Source: Clostridia bacterium
GTDB lineage: Bacteria > Bacillota > Clostridia > Oscillospirales > CAG-382
DNA length: 64,000 nucleotides
Reading direction: 5' to 3'
NCBI GenBank assembly: GCA_017397955.1
Contig: JAFQHL010000064.1
Location: 4,384-68,383 of the forward strand
In this document: piece after piece, positions 17,201 through 27,016 of the stretch
Position numbering within the stretch: the stretch's first letter is position 1
Layout of the letters: each line of letters starts with the position of its first letter
The notes under the pieces: model-generated
Told to the model about the DNA's origin: nothing
The model's database searches: none
The model's input: the letters and a program-made list of their open reading frames with translations, nothing else
Made by a program: the position numbers and the translations under genes

Positions 17201-18046
17201 TCAGTCCAAAGTTATCCTGCCTATCTTTCCTGCCCTGTATTCATCAAGCAAACAGGCGGCAAACCTTTCTGTGTCTGCAACACCGCCCCTTTGCAAAAAA
17301 CCGCGCTTTTTTGCCATACGCTCAAGCAACTCCTCCATAGGCTCACCTTCTATGGCAGAAACCTTGTAGCGTTGCTCCGTCAGCTGTGGGTACTTTTCCA
17401 AAAGCAGCACCGCCAGCTTTGCGCCCAGCTCCGTTATATCAAGTATATCGTCCCTTATCGCGCCCGTAAACGCCAGCTTCTCACCCACGCTTTGATCTTC
17501 AAACTTGTGCCAGAGAAGACCGGGAGTGTCCAGCAGCTCAATACCGCCGGGTGCGCTTATCCATTGGGTGCTGCGGGTAACGCCGGGTCTGTCCTCCGCC
17601 TTAGCCTTGGAAGTGCCCGTAAATCGGTTTATAAAGGTGCTTTTGCCCACGTTGGTTATACCCAGCACCATACCGCGTATCTTCCTGCCCGCCATGCCCT
17701 TATCGGCATATTTCTGCAGCTTTTCCTTGCAAAGCTCCTTTATTGCAGGCGCAATGGCGTTGTAACCTGCGCCGCTTTTGCTGTCTATTGCTATAACCAA
17801 GGCACCCTCCGCCTCTATCTGCTTCTTAAACAGAGCGGTGCGGTTAGGGTCAGCCAAGGCGGTCTTGGTAAACAGCGTAAGCCTCGGCTTATCCTTGCAT
17901 ATCTCTTTAAGGTCGGGGTTGCGGCTGGAAAGGGGGATGCGCGCATCAAGCAGCTCCACCACAAAATCGGCAGGCACTATGCTGTTTATTATGGCGCGCT
18001 TCGCCGCCGCCATGTGCCCCGGATACCAAACTATAGGTTCACTCAT
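17201..18046 (-). CDS. rbgA: Ribosome biogenesis GTPase A (YlqF)
   Basis: 281 aa. WYPGHMAAAKR N-terminus and circularly permuted GTPase motifs (GITNVGKST, DTPG). Confidence 0.92.
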   Translation of the reverse strand: MSEPIVWYPGHMAAAKRAIINSIVPADFVVELLDARIPLSSRNPDLKEICKDKPRLTLFTKTALADPNRTALFKKQIEAEGALVIAIDSKSGAGYNAIAPAIKELCKEKLQKYADKGMAGRKIRGMVLGITNVGKSTFINRFTGTSKAKAEDRPGVTRSTQWISAPGGIELLDTPGLLWHKFEDQSVGEKLAFTGAIRDDILDITELGAKLAVLLLEKYPQLTEQRYKVSAIEGEPMEELLERMAKKRGFLQRGGVADTERFAACLLDEYRAGKIGRITLD

Positions 18047-18759
18047 TCTACAGTACCAAAGCTTTCAAAGGGCGATATTCTGAAAAGCACCCTTCCAAGC
18101 AATCTTTCTTCTTCAAAAAAACCAACCGCGCGGCTGTCCGCAGACTTGTTGCGGTTGTCGCCCATTACAAAAAGCATTCCTTCGGGTACGGTAAACGCAA
18201 TATCGTCTTCGCCCTCAGGCTTATACGCGCCCGTAAGCTTCTTTCTGTCTGCGGTGTTCATAGGTGCATCGGTCTTGTTTATGTAGTTTTCCTTAAGCAC
18301 CACGCCGTCCACGGTAACGCGCCAGCTTTCATAATCAATACTTACGGTCTGACCGCCCGTGGCTATCACACGCTTAATGATGTACTTTTCGCTAAGCTTA
18401 CCCTCTGCATTCAACACCACAATGTCACCGGTTTCCGGTGTAAAGAACAGGTCGGATATAACCAGCTTATCCAAATGTGCCAAGGTGTTGTTCATAGAGC
18501 CGCCGTCAACGGTTACAAACCTAAGCACAAAGGTAAAAATAAGCATCATCAGCACAAGGGCAACACAAAAGGTTTCAAAGCTGTCAAACAAATCAGCCAG
18601 CAGGGATTGCTTCTTGCGCTTCGGTACTTCCTCTTGGGGAGCAGGGGGCGTTTCCCCTCCTTCCTCCTCGTCTAAACTTAAAACTTCTTCCTCTTCCACG
18701 GGCACAATCTGCTCAAGCTCTTCAATATCGCCATCGTCGGTCCTTAAAATATCAGACAT
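18043..18759 (-). CDS. lepB: Signal peptidase I
   Basis: 238 aa. TM segment, catalytic Ser in a GGSMNNTL box (SM dipeptide) and a GDNRNKSADSR box. Confidence 0.9.
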   Translation of the reverse strand: MSDILRTDDGDIEELEQIVPVEEEEVLSLDEEEGGETPPAPQEEVPKRKKQSLLADLFDSFETFCVALVLMMLIFTFVLRFVTVDGGSMNNTLAHLDKLVISDLFFTPETGDIVVLNAEGKLSEKYIIKRVIATGGQTVSIDYESWRVTVDGVVLKENYINKTDAPMNTADRKKLTGAYKPEGEDDIAFTVPEGMLFVMGDNRNKSADSRAVGFFEEERLLGRVLFRISPFESFGTVE

Positions 18760-18783
18760 TACAAAACGCTCCTAAAAAATCGT

Positions 18784-18813
18784 TACGCGTGCGCGCACAC
18801 ACGCGCACACGCG
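18784..18813. repeat. 30-nt perfectly alternating pyrimidine/purine tract (Z-DNA-prone), contains the palindrome GTGCGCGCAC
   Basis: TACGCGTGCGCGCACACACGCGCACACGCG, read directly. Lies between the rplS terminator and the lepB start. Confidence 0.9.
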
Positions 18814-18850
18814 ATAATACAAAAGTGTCCGCGCAAAACAGACACTTTGT
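18814..18850 (-). terminator. Rho-independent terminator of rplS
   Basis: Minus strand reads AAAGTGTC-loop-GACACTTT followed by TGTATT. Confidence 0.7.
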
Positions 18851-18865
18851 ACCTCGCATAATACT

Positions 18866-19207
18866 TTAGATCTTTTCCTTGACCTTAGCGTATTTGCCAA
18901 CCCTGCCGCGGAGATAGTAAAGCTTTGCACGGCGAACCTTACCGCGGCGAACAACGGTTACATCCTGTACGTTGGGGCTGTGGATGGGGAAGGTCTTCTC
19001 AGTACCGACACCGTAGGAAATACGGCGAACGGTAAAGGTTTCGCTAACCCCGCTGTTTCTCTTTGCAATAACAGTACCCTCAAAAATCTGAGTTCTTGTT
19101 CTTGCACCTTCCACTATTCTCTGATGAACCTTAACGGTATCACCAATCTCGAACTTAGGAAGCTCTTTCTTAAGCTGCTCATTTGTAAAAGCCTTTAAAA
19201 TATCCAT
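18866..19207 (-). CDS. rplS: 50S ribosomal protein L19
   Basis: ORF trimmed to the ATG at 19207 (GAGAGGAGG RBS). [14 protein letters not shown]... is typical of L19. Confidence 0.95.
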   Translation of the reverse strand: MDILKAFTNEQLKKELPKFEIGDTVKVHQRIVEGARTRTQIFEGTVIAKRNSGVSETFTVRRISYGVGTEKTFPIHSPNVQDVTVVRRGKVRRAKLYYLRGRVGKYAKVKEKI

Positions 19208-19274
19208 AAAAGCTCCTCCTCTCAAACCGCGTTCGTGCCGAGCCGCAGAGGACCGCAGTATTTATTAACGACTG

Positions 19275-19303
19275 ATTATAGCACATATTTTTCCCCATTG
19301 CAA
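19275..19303 (-). promoter_or_regulatory. Consensus sigma-A promoter for rplS
   Basis: Minus strand reads TTGCAA (19303-19298), 17 nt, TATAAT (19280-19275). The 5' UTR would be about 60 nt. Confidence 0.6.
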
Positions 19304-19426
19304 GCCCTATTTTAAATTTTTTTGTAAAGTCGAAAAATGTTGGGCAAAAAAGCAGGCTTTTTGTTGACAAATCTGCCTTTTAATGGTAATATATTGAATT
19401 AGGGAAATAGGGGGAGGTTTGACCTT

Positions 19427-20206
19427 TTGGGCAGAATACTTTTTGTCACTTCCTTTAAAGGCGGAGTGGGGAAGACCACAGTGGCCGCCAATATATCAGC
19501 CGCCCTTGCCGCCTTGGGCAAGAACGTTCTTGTGGTGGACGGGGATTACGGCAACCGCTGTATGGACTTGGTGCTTGGTATGGAAAACGCCGCTATTTTT
19601 GATGGGGCGGATGCCATAACGGGCAAGGTTATTGCAAAAAATGCCATACTAAGGCATGAGGAGCAGGGCAGGCTTTACTTTTTGCCCGCGCCCGCGTTTT
19701 TCAGCGGCAAACTTAAGCAGGAGGATACCTGTGCCTTTTTTGCGGGACTGAAGGCGCAGTTTGATTTTATTGTTGTTGACAGCTCTGCAGAGGATAGCGA
19801 TACCTACCGTGCATTTGCCCGTGCGGCAGATGATGCGCTGGTTGTAAGCCTGCATCAGTCCACCGCAATACGCGCCGCGGAAAAGACTGCGGCAATGCTG
19901 GCATCTCTTGGATTTGCCAACATTCGTATGGTGGTAAACTGCTACCGCGCGGCGGCGGCAAAGAAGGGTGTTTTGCCATCTATGCTGGACATTATCGGCA
20001 GGGCAAAGATACAGCTTATAGGTGTTATCCCCTTTGATGAGGAGCTGGTTCCCAAGCAGGAGGCGGGTGTGCTTCCCTATATAGGCGGGGGCAAGCTTTT
20101 ACCCTACGAGGCGGCGTGTATGAATATCGCCAAGCGTTACGCGGGTGAGCGGGTGCCGCTGTTTAAAGATGTTTACAAACCGAAAAAACTAAAGAAATAT
20201 CTGTAA
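19427..20206 (+). CDS. MinD/ParA-family ATPase (orphan, no minC/minE adjacent)
   Basis: 259 aa. Deviant Walker A motif KGGVGKTT. TTG start 8 nt after GGGGGAGG. Confidence 0.8.
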   Translation: MGRILFVTSFKGGVGKTTVAANISAALAALGKNVLVVDGDYGNRCMDLVLGMENAAIFDGADAITGKVIAKNAILRHEEQGRLYFLPAPAFFSGKLKQEDTCAFFAGLKAQFDFIVVDSSAEDSDTYRAFARAADDALVVSLHQSTAIRAAEKTAAMLASLGFANIRMVVNCYRAAAAKKGVLPSMLDIIGRAKIQLIGVIPFDEELVPKQEAGVLPYIGGGKLLPYEAACMNIAKRYAGERVPLFKDVYKPKKLKKYL

Positions 20207-20232
20207 AATAACCGTGACAGGAGGGTGTTTTA

Positions 20233-20640
20233 ATGGAAATAGCAGTTATAGCCAGCGACAAAAGAAAAGAGCTTATGACAGAATTTTGTATTGCCTATTG
20301 CGGCATTTTAAGTAGGCACCATCTTTGTGCAACCGGTACAACCGGCAAGTATTTAAAAGAGGCTACGGGGCTGGATATCGAAATGCTTTTATCAGGCTCT
20401 CACGGCGGGACCCAGCAGGTTGCCGCCCGTATAGCATATAACGAGATAGACGTATTGCTTTATTTTCGCGATGCGGCAGACGAAAACGAGTATGCCAACG
20501 ACCAGCTTGACCTGGTGCGTATGTGCGATAAGCAGAATATACCCGTAGCTACCAATATAGCCACGGCGGAAGCACTTATCCTTGCCCTTGACAGAGGCGA
20601 TTTGGATTGGCGTATGCTTGTAAGAGAAGAAAAGCAGTAA
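20233..20640 (+). CDS. Methylglyoxal synthase-like protein, probably non-catalytic
   Basis: 135 aa, collinear with MgsA (ATGTTG, NIPVATN). The AHD motif is ASD, GGDQQ is GGTQQ, and the PHDPD histidine is Tyr. Confidence 0.75.
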   Translation: MEIAVIASDKRKELMTEFCIAYCGILSRHHLCATGTTGKYLKEATGLDIEMLLSGSHGGTQQVAARIAYNEIDVLLYFRDAADENEYANDQLDLVRMCDKQNIPVATNIATAEALILALDRGDLDWRMLVREEKQ

Positions 20641-20655
20641 GGAAGGAAAAAGGCT

Positions 20656-21918
20656 TTGGCAAATTATATACAAAAACCCAAGGGCACAATAGATATTCTG
20701 CCCGATAAAAGCTATGTTTGGCAATATATAGAAAGCAATGTGCGTAACGTTGCCGCACTTGGCGGCTTCGGTGAAATACGTATGCCCACCTTTGAGGTGA
20801 CGGAGCTGTTTGACCGCGGCGTGGGCGATACCACCGATATCGTGCAGAAGGAAATGTATACCTTTACGGATAAGGACGGCAGAAGTATGTCTCTTCGTCC
20901 CGAGGGTACGGCAGGCGTTGTACGCAGTATTATAGAAAACGGGCTTTGTATGCAGGCAATGCCCTTAAAGCTTTATTATATAAGCAACTTTTTCCGCTAC
21001 GAAAAGCCGCAGGCGGGCAGAAGCCGTGAGTTCTTTCAGTTCGGTGCGGAAACCTTCGGGTCCGATTCTCCTTTGGCGGATGCGGAAATGATTTTGCTGG
21101 CTTCAGACGTTTTTAAGCGTTTGGGCGTAAAAAGCGTAGTGCTAAAGATAAACTCCATCGGCTGTCCTAATTGTCGCGGCGGGTTCAGAGATGCGCTTAA
21201 GGCGTATTTTGAGTCGAAAAAAGACGGACTTTGCGATACCTGCAAGGGTAGGCTCAACACCAATCCCTTACGTATACTGGACTGCAAGTGTCCCGAATGT
21301 AAGGCGATTGCGGCAGATGCACCAAAGACCATAGAGCATCTTTGTGACGATTGCAACACCCACTTTGAGGCTCTTAAGGATATACTTAAAAACGCGGGCG
21401 TAGCCTTTGAGGTTGACCCCTTTATAGTGAGGGGCTTGGATTATTATACGGGCACCGTGTTTGAGTTTGTTTCGGAAATAGGCGCCCAATCTACAGTTTG
21501 CGGCGGCGGCAGGTACGACGGGCTGGTTAACAGTCTCGGCGGCCCCAAGCTTTCCGGCGTGGGCTTTGGTATGGGTATAACCCGTCTTATCGCGGCTATG
21601 GAAATGGATGGTGTTATCCCCGAGGACCCCTCTGCGCCCGATATATTTATCGCTTCTGCCTGTGCGGAGGCGAGGGAGAGGGCGTATTTGCTGGCAAGAG
21701 AGCTGAGAGCCTTGGGGCTTAAAGCGGAAGGTGAGCTTTGCGGCAGGTCCTTAAAGGCGCAGATGAAGTATGCGGATAAGAAGGGCGCCCGCTTTAATAT
21801 CGTGCTTGGCGGTGACGAGCTTGCCGCAGGCAAAGCAACGTTAAAGAATATGATAAGCGGCGAGAGCGTGGAAACCGCCCTTGACGCAAAGGAAATAAAA
21901 GACCTTATGGGTCGTTAA
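20656..21918 (+). CDS. hisS: Histidine--tRNA ligase
   Basis: 420 aa, class II aaRS. MSLRPEGTAGVVR and FRYEKPQAGRSREF motifs. TTG start. Confidence 0.95.
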   Translation: MANYIQKPKGTIDILPDKSYVWQYIESNVRNVAALGGFGEIRMPTFEVTELFDRGVGDTTDIVQKEMYTFTDKDGRSMSLRPEGTAGVVRSIIENGLCMQAMPLKLYYISNFFRYEKPQAGRSREFFQFGAETFGSDSPLADAEMILLASDVFKRLGVKSVVLKINSIGCPNCRGGFRDALKAYFESKKDGLCDTCKGRLNTNPLRILDCKCPECKAIAADAPKTIEHLCDDCNTHFEALKDILKNAGVAFEVDPFIVRGLDYYTGTVFEFVSEIGAQSTVCGGGRYDGLVNSLGGPKLSGVGFGMGITRLIAAMEMDGVIPEDPSAPDIFIASACAEARERAYLLARELRALGLKAEGELCGRSLKAQMKYADKKGARFNIVLGGDELAAGKATLKNMISGESVETALDAKEIKDLMGR

Positions 21919-21933
21919 TTTGAGGAGAAAATT

Positions 21934-23718
21934 ATGGCAGAGCTTATGGGTAATCTGAAGCGCAGCTGTTACTGCGGCGAGCTTCGTGAAACAGATATAG
22001 GAAAAACCGTAACCGTTATGGGCTGGGTACAGCGTCAGCGCGACCTTGGCAGTCTTGTGTTTATCGACCTGCGTGACCGCAGCGGTATAATACAGCTTGC
22101 ATTTGATGAGGGCAGTGACCGCGCCGTGTTTGAAAAGGCGTTTAGGGCAAGGAGCGAATATGTGCTTGCCGCCGTTGGTACGGTAAGAGAGCGCAGCAGT
22201 AAAAACCCAAACCTGCCCACAGGTAACATAGAGATTTTTGTTACTGAGCTGAGAGTGCTTTCCGCGGCGGAAACACCTCCTTTTGAAATAGTGGAAAACA
22301 GCAAGGCGGGCGAGGAGCTTAGGCTTAAGTACCGTTATCTGGATTTGCGCCGTCCCGACCTGGCTAAGAATATAATCTTCCGTCATAAGGCGGCAAAGGT
22401 TGTAAGAGATTATTTTGACGAAAACGGATTTTTGGAGATAGAGACCCCTATGCTTGTGCGCTCCACCCCCGAAGGTGCAAGGGACTACCTTGTTCCCAGT
22501 CGTGTGCACAAGGGCTCTTTCTACGCACTCCCTCAGTCTCCTCAGCTCTATAAGCAGTTGCTAATGGTTTCGGGCTTTGACCGTTATTTCCAGCTTGCCC
22601 GTTGCTTCAGAGACGAGGATTTGCGTGCCGACCGTCAGCCCGAATTTACCCAGATAGACCTTGAAATGTCTTTTGTGGATGTGGATGATGTGCTTGCCAT
22701 AGGCGAAGGCTTTATGGCGCGTATGTTCAAAGAGCTTTTGGACTACGATATGGAATCTCCCATCCCCAGATACACCTACAGAGAGGTTATGGAGCGTTTC
22801 GGCTCCGATAAGCCCGACCTTAGGTACGGTATGGAGATTTGCGATATTACCGATGCGGTAAAGACCAGCGAGTTTGTGGTGTTTGCCGGCGCAATAAACG
22901 GCGGCGGCAGTGTAAGAGGCATCAACGCCAAGGGCCTTGCCGATAAGCTCACCCGTAAAGAGGTGGACAAGCTTACCGAGTATGTAAAGGGCTGCGGTGC
23001 TAAGGGTCTTGCCTGGGTAAGAATGACCGAGCAGGGCGTGACCTCCTCTTTCGCAAAGTTTATGAGCGATGAGGAAATGAACGCAATCTATGAAAAGATG
23101 AACGCCGAAACAGGCGACGTATTGCTTATAATGGCAGATACCGACACCAACAGATTGCTTTCCATCCTTGGTATGCTCCGTATAGAAACCGCAAACCGCG
23201 GCGGCGTTAAAAAGGAAGGCTTTAAGCCTCTTTGGGTTGTGGAATTCCCCTTCTTTGAGTTTGATGCAGAGCTTGGTGATTTTGTGGCAATGCACCACCC
23301 CTTCACCGCGCCTCTTGACGAATGTCTGCCTTATCTTGAAACCGACAAGGCGGCTGTGCGCGCAAAAGCGTACGACCTTGTGCTTAACGGTATCGAGCTG
23401 GCAAGCGGTTCTATCCGTATAACCGACCCGGATTTGCAGACCACCATATTCCGTCTGCTGGGCATCTCCGCAGAGGAAGCAAAGCTTAAGTTCGGCTTCC
23501 TTACCGACGCGTTCCGCTTCGGTCCTCCTCCTCACGGCGGCATGGCTTTGGGTCTGGACAGACTTGTTATGCAGCTCTTGGGTTGTGACACGCTGCGTGA
23601 CGTTGTTGCCTTCCCCAAGGTGCAAAACGCGTCAGAGCTTATGACCTCCTGCCCCGCAGAGGTACCCGTTGCCTGTCTTGAGGATTTGGGTATAGAGGTT
23701 AAAGCCGATAACCAGTAA
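21934..23718 (+). CDS. aspS: Aspartate--tRNA ligase
   Basis: 594 aa. Contains an FRDEDLRADRQPEFTQ motif and GGMALGLDR. Confidence 0.95.
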   Translation: MAELMGNLKRSCYCGELRETDIGKTVTVMGWVQRQRDLGSLVFIDLRDRSGIIQLAFDEGSDRAVFEKAFRARSEYVLAAVGTVRERSSKNPNLPTGNIEIFVTELRVLSAAETPPFEIVENSKAGEELRLKYRYLDLRRPDLAKNIIFRHKAAKVVRDYFDENGFLEIETPMLVRSTPEGARDYLVPSRVHKGSFYALPQSPQLYKQLLMVSGFDRYFQLARCFRDEDLRADRQPEFTQIDLEMSFVDVDDVLAIGEGFMARMFKELLDYDMESPIPRYTYREVMERFGSDKPDLRYGMEICDITDAVKTSEFVVFAGAINGGGSVRGINAKGLADKLTRKEVDKLTEYVKGCGAKGLAWVRMTEQGVTSSFAKFMSDEEMNAIYEKMNAETGDVLLIMADTDTNRLLSILGMLRIETANRGGVKKEGFKPLWVVEFPFFEFDAELGDFVAMHHPFTAPLDECLPYLETDKAAVRAKAYDLVLNGIELASGSIRITDPDLQTTIFRLLGISAEEAKLKFGFLTDAFRFGPPPHGGMALGLDRLVMQLLGCDTLRDVVAFPKVQNASELMTSCPAEVPVACLEDLGIEVKADNQ

Positions 23719-23739
23719 TTTATTTGGGAGCCTTTGGTA

Positions 23740-24699
23740 ATGATAGAATTTAAAAACGTTTATAAGGACTACGGTCAAAACCACGCCCTTAAAGGTATAA
23801 GCTTTAGTGTAAAGCAGGGCGAAATACTGGGCTTTTTGGGACCTAACGGCGCAGGCAAAAGCACCGCGCTTAATATTCTTACGGGCTATCTTTCCGCCAC
23901 TGCAGGTGAGGCGTTTGTGGACGGCGTAAGCATATTTGAAAACCCTATGGAGGCAAAGAAGCAGATAGGCTTTTTGCCGGAGATGCCGCCCCTTTATCCC
24001 GAGATGCGGGTAGGGGAGTACCTTAATTTTGTGTACGACCTTAAAAACTGCAAAATCTCCCGCAAGCAGCATATCAACGATATCTGCGAGGTGGTAAAGC
24101 TCAGCCATGTAAAAAACAGACTTATAAAAAACCTTTCCAAGGGCTATAAACAGCGTGTAGGTATAGCGCAGGCACTTATCGGCAACCCTAAGGTACTGGT
24201 GTTTGACGAGCCTACCGTTGGTCTTGACCCTAAACAGATTATAGAGATACGCAACCTTGTAAAAATGCTGGGCAAGGAGCACACCATCATACTCTCCACC
24301 CACATCCTGCCCGAGGTACAGCAGGTTTGCAGCAGGGTTGTGGTTATAAACGAAGGTCTTATTGTTGCCGACGAAAGTATTGAGACCCTTACCGAGGCAC
24401 TTGAAGGCACAAGAAGATACATTGCAAAGATTTGCGGTGCAGAGCAGGATGTGCTCAAGTTGCTTCGTTCCCTGCCCGTGCTCCGCAGTGCGGATGTCAT
24501 CGGCGCTCAGGACGCCAACTCAGTCAGCTATCTTATAGAGTCCGACGAGAATATTGATGCCCGCGTGCCCTTGTTTAACGCCTTGGCGGCAAAGGGCTAT
24601 GCCATAATCGGGCTGGAGGGCGTGGATATGAGCCTTGAGGATGTGTTTGTAAGGCTTGTTTCCAACAAAGAAAAGCGCGAAGGCGGCAAGAGGAGGTAA
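23740..24699 (+). CDS. ABC transporter ATP-binding protein (GldA-like, ABC-2 type)
   Basis: GPNGAGKST Walker A, LSKGYKQR signature, VLVFDEP Walker B. The ATG at 23740 is preferred over the TTG at 23734. Confidence 0.9.
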   Translation: MIEFKNVYKDYGQNHALKGISFSVKQGEILGFLGPNGAGKSTALNILTGYLSATAGEAFVDGVSIFENPMEAKKQIGFLPEMPPLYPEMRVGEYLNFVYDLKNCKISRKQHINDICEVVKLSHVKNRLIKNLSKGYKQRVGIAQALIGNPKVLVFDEPTVGLDPKQIIEIRNLVKMLGKEHTIILSTHILPEVQQVCSRVVVINEGLIVADESIETLTEALEGTRRYIAKICGAEQDVLKLLRSLPVLRSADVIGAQDANSVSYLIESDENIDARVPLFNALAAKGYAIIGLEGVDMSLEDVFVRLVSNKEKREGGKRR

Positions 24700-24702
24700 A
24701 GT

Positions 24703-25407
24703 ATGTTTGCAATTTACAAGCGAGAGCTGAAGGCTTACTTTATCTCTCCCATCGGTTATCTGTTTGCCGCTAACTTTTTGGCAATTTCCGGTCTGCTGTT
24801 CAGTATTTGCACCCTGCAAAAGCAGGAAGCCAGCAGTGTTTCCACTTATTTTGAGTATCTTATTTACGCGTTTGCAATACTTCTTCCCTTGCTTACTATG
24901 AAATCCTTGTCGGAAGAACGCAAAACAAAGTCAGAACAGCTGCTTATGACAAGCCCCGTTTCCATAAGCGGTATCATAATGGGCAAGTATTTTGCCGCGC
25001 TTACCGTGTTTACCGCCGCTTTGCTGTTTAACAGCCTTAACTTCGGCTTGCTTGCCAAGTACGGCAACGTAAACGGAATGCTTATCGTTTCCAACCTCAT
25101 CTGCCTGTTCTTTATAGGCGCGCTGTTTTTGGCAATAGGTATGTTCTTCTCCTCTCTTACCGAGGATGCGCTCGTTTCCGCCATCGGCTCTATTGATACC
25201 ATCTTCATTATGCTGGCGGTAAGCTTTCTTTCCGATATCTCCATCCCTTGGGTAAAGTCCGTGGTGGATTTTATATCCATTCTTTCCCGTTACGAGCCTT
25301 TTACCTACGGTATACTTGATATAACGTCAGTAATATATTATGTCTCCATAGCCGCCGTGTTCCTGTTCTTTACCGTCAGGGTATACGAGCGCCGCAGATG
25401 GGCGTAA
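24703..25407 (+). CDS. ABC-2 type permease (GldF-like)
   Basis: 234 aa with about 6 TM segments. Immediately follows the ATPase. AGGAGG RBS. Confidence 0.8.
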   Translation: MFAIYKRELKAYFISPIGYLFAANFLAISGLLFSICTLQKQEASSVSTYFEYLIYAFAILLPLLTMKSLSEERKTKSEQLLMTSPVSISGIIMGKYFAALTVFTAALLFNSLNFGLLAKYGNVNGMLIVSNLICLFFIGALFLAIGMFFSSLTEDALVSAIGSIDTIFIMLAVSFLSDISIPWVKSVVDFISILSRYEPFTYGILDITSVIYYVSIAAVFLFFTVRVYERRRWA

Positions 25408-25420
25408 AGGAGGTACGGCT

Positions 25421-26986
25421 GTGAACAACAATATTATGGACAAACAAAAAGAAGCCGTTACCCGCAAGCTTAAATACGGCTCACTTTCCGCAGGCTTTGC
25501 GGTTATGGTGGTGGTGCTTTGTATAGCACTCAACCTTGCCGCCTCGTTGCTTTCCGCTAAATGGGATTTGCGAGTTGACATAACCGACGACGAAGCGCGC
25601 TACTACACCATAAGCGAGGGTACAAAAAAACTTTTTGACACCTATTTTGAAGATAATCCCGATTGGAAAATAACAATCCGCTTCCTTGCCCCTGAGGATA
25701 AGGTTGCAGACACTATGGTGCTGGAGCTGGCGCGCTCTTACGCAAGCACCTTTAACGGTCATATAGACCTTGCTTTTACGGATATCAACAGCAATGTTGA
25801 TAAGTGGGAGCAGTATTGTGAGGAAACACAGGTAGAGCTTACTCAGTACCACGTGCTTGTGGAGGGTGAATATCATACCCGCGCCATAAGTTTTGCCAAC
25901 TTTTATTATACCGATGTGGAAAGTAATACCACCGTTGCTTTTGCGGGCGAAAAGACTTATACCTCTGCCATGGTAAAAGCAGGGCTTAAGGAAAGCCCCC
26001 TTGCGGTATTCACCGCAGGTCACGGCGAAAGCCTTGACAACGGTAAATATCTTCTTGCCGACTTTAAGGGGCTTGACCCCAAACAGCTGGCACAGGCAAA
26101 CAAGCTTACACTTTTTGATACGCTCTACGATATGGGCTTTGACGTGCAGGTTGTTGACCTTAACGAGTCGGAGCTGCCCGCAAATACCCGTCTTGTGTTT
26201 ATAAGCGACCCTCAGCGCGACTTTATGGATTACGACCCTGAAAACAAGGGCATTAAGAGCGAGCTGGAAAAGATAAAAGAAGCTATGGACAGCTTTAATC
26301 TTACCCTTATGGTTTCCGTGGATAACAAGACTGTAGAGCTGCCTAACCTCTCCCGCTATTTGGAGGTGGATTTTGGACTTATGTATAAGTCCGGCGTTTC
26401 CGTTACGGATAACGACCGTTCTATTAAGGGCAGCGGCGGCAACAAGCTTCTCGGCTCTGTTGCGGCAACAAAAAGCGGCTCTTTAGGTGCCCAGATAGTA
26501 CAGGGCTTCTCTTCGGACGAGCGTTTTGTGTTTGCAGACAGCGTGTTGCTTAGCACCAGCACCGCCCTTGACGTACAGGGCGAGGATGTGCTTATGGCTA
26601 CCTCTCCCGCCGCTGTGGCAGACGGCAAGACCGGCGTTTTCCCGCTTATTGCCTACACTATGCAGGCAAACTCCATAGAGGACGAGGAAGGTAACGATAC
26701 CGATAACAAAGAGTACAAGACCGCATATCTCTTTGGCTCTACCGAGTTTTTGGCAAGTGACTATATCAACACCCGCTATTCCAACCGCGCACTTTTGGAA
26801 AGCATACTTCGCAAAGCCAATACAGTGCAGGAATACGTGGCAATAGACGAGGTCTATTTTGTAGATGAGGCGTTGGAGATTACCACGGGCGATGCAAGAG
26901 CGTGGACCGTTATAGTAACACTCCTTGCTCCTGCGGTAATATTTGCCGTAGCCGCCGTGGTTTGGCTTAAACGCCGCCACGCATAA
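25421..26986 (+). CDS. GldG-like ABC-transporter auxiliary protein
   Basis: 521 aa with N- and C-terminal TM anchors and a large extracytoplasmic domain. Its position after the ABC-2 pair is typical of GldG. GTG start after AAGGAGG. Confidence 0.6.
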   Translation: MNNNIMDKQKEAVTRKLKYGSLSAGFAVMVVVLCIALNLAASLLSAKWDLRVDITDDEARYYTISEGTKKLFDTYFEDNPDWKITIRFLAPEDKVADTMVLELARSYASTFNGHIDLAFTDINSNVDKWEQYCEETQVELTQYHVLVEGEYHTRAISFANFYYTDVESNTTVAFAGEKTYTSAMVKAGLKESPLAVFTAGHGESLDNGKYLLADFKGLDPKQLAQANKLTLFDTLYDMGFDVQVVDLNESELPANTRLVFISDPQRDFMDYDPENKGIKSELEKIKEAMDSFNLTLMVSVDNKTVELPNLSRYLEVDFGLMYKSGVSVTDNDRSIKGSGGNKLLGSVAATKSGSLGAQIVQGFSSDERFVFADSVLLSTSTALDVQGEDVLMATSPAAVADGKTGVFPLIAYTMQANSIEDEEGNDTDNKEYKTAYLFGSTEFLASDYINTRYSNRALLESILRKANTVQEYVAIDEVYFVDEALEITTGDARAWTVIVTLLAPAVIFAVAAVVWLKRRHA

Positions 26987-27016
26987 AACTTTTTATTGGT
27001 GAAAGACTTTTAAACT

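Noticed and set aside
19208-19274. Ribosomal-protein leader RNAs: an L19 leader upstream of rplS, and an L13 leader at 59093-59137 upstream of rplM.
   Set aside because: Short 5' UTRs (about 45-60 nt) exist downstream of good promoters. I could not match them by eye to the known leader consensus structures, so this needs cmscan.
19427-20206. Calling the MinD-like ATPase minD (part of a division-site min system).
   Set aside because: No minC or minE genes are adjacent, and the context is mgs-like/hisS/aspS. It is safer to call it an orphan ParA/MinD-family ATPase.
20641-21933. Expected T-box leaders upstream of hisS/aspS, and likewise upstream of argS (58135-58237) and thrC (16153-16175).
   Set aside because: The intergenic gaps are only 15-100 nt and are filled by an RBS or a terminator. 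No specifier-loop or T-box sequence is visible.
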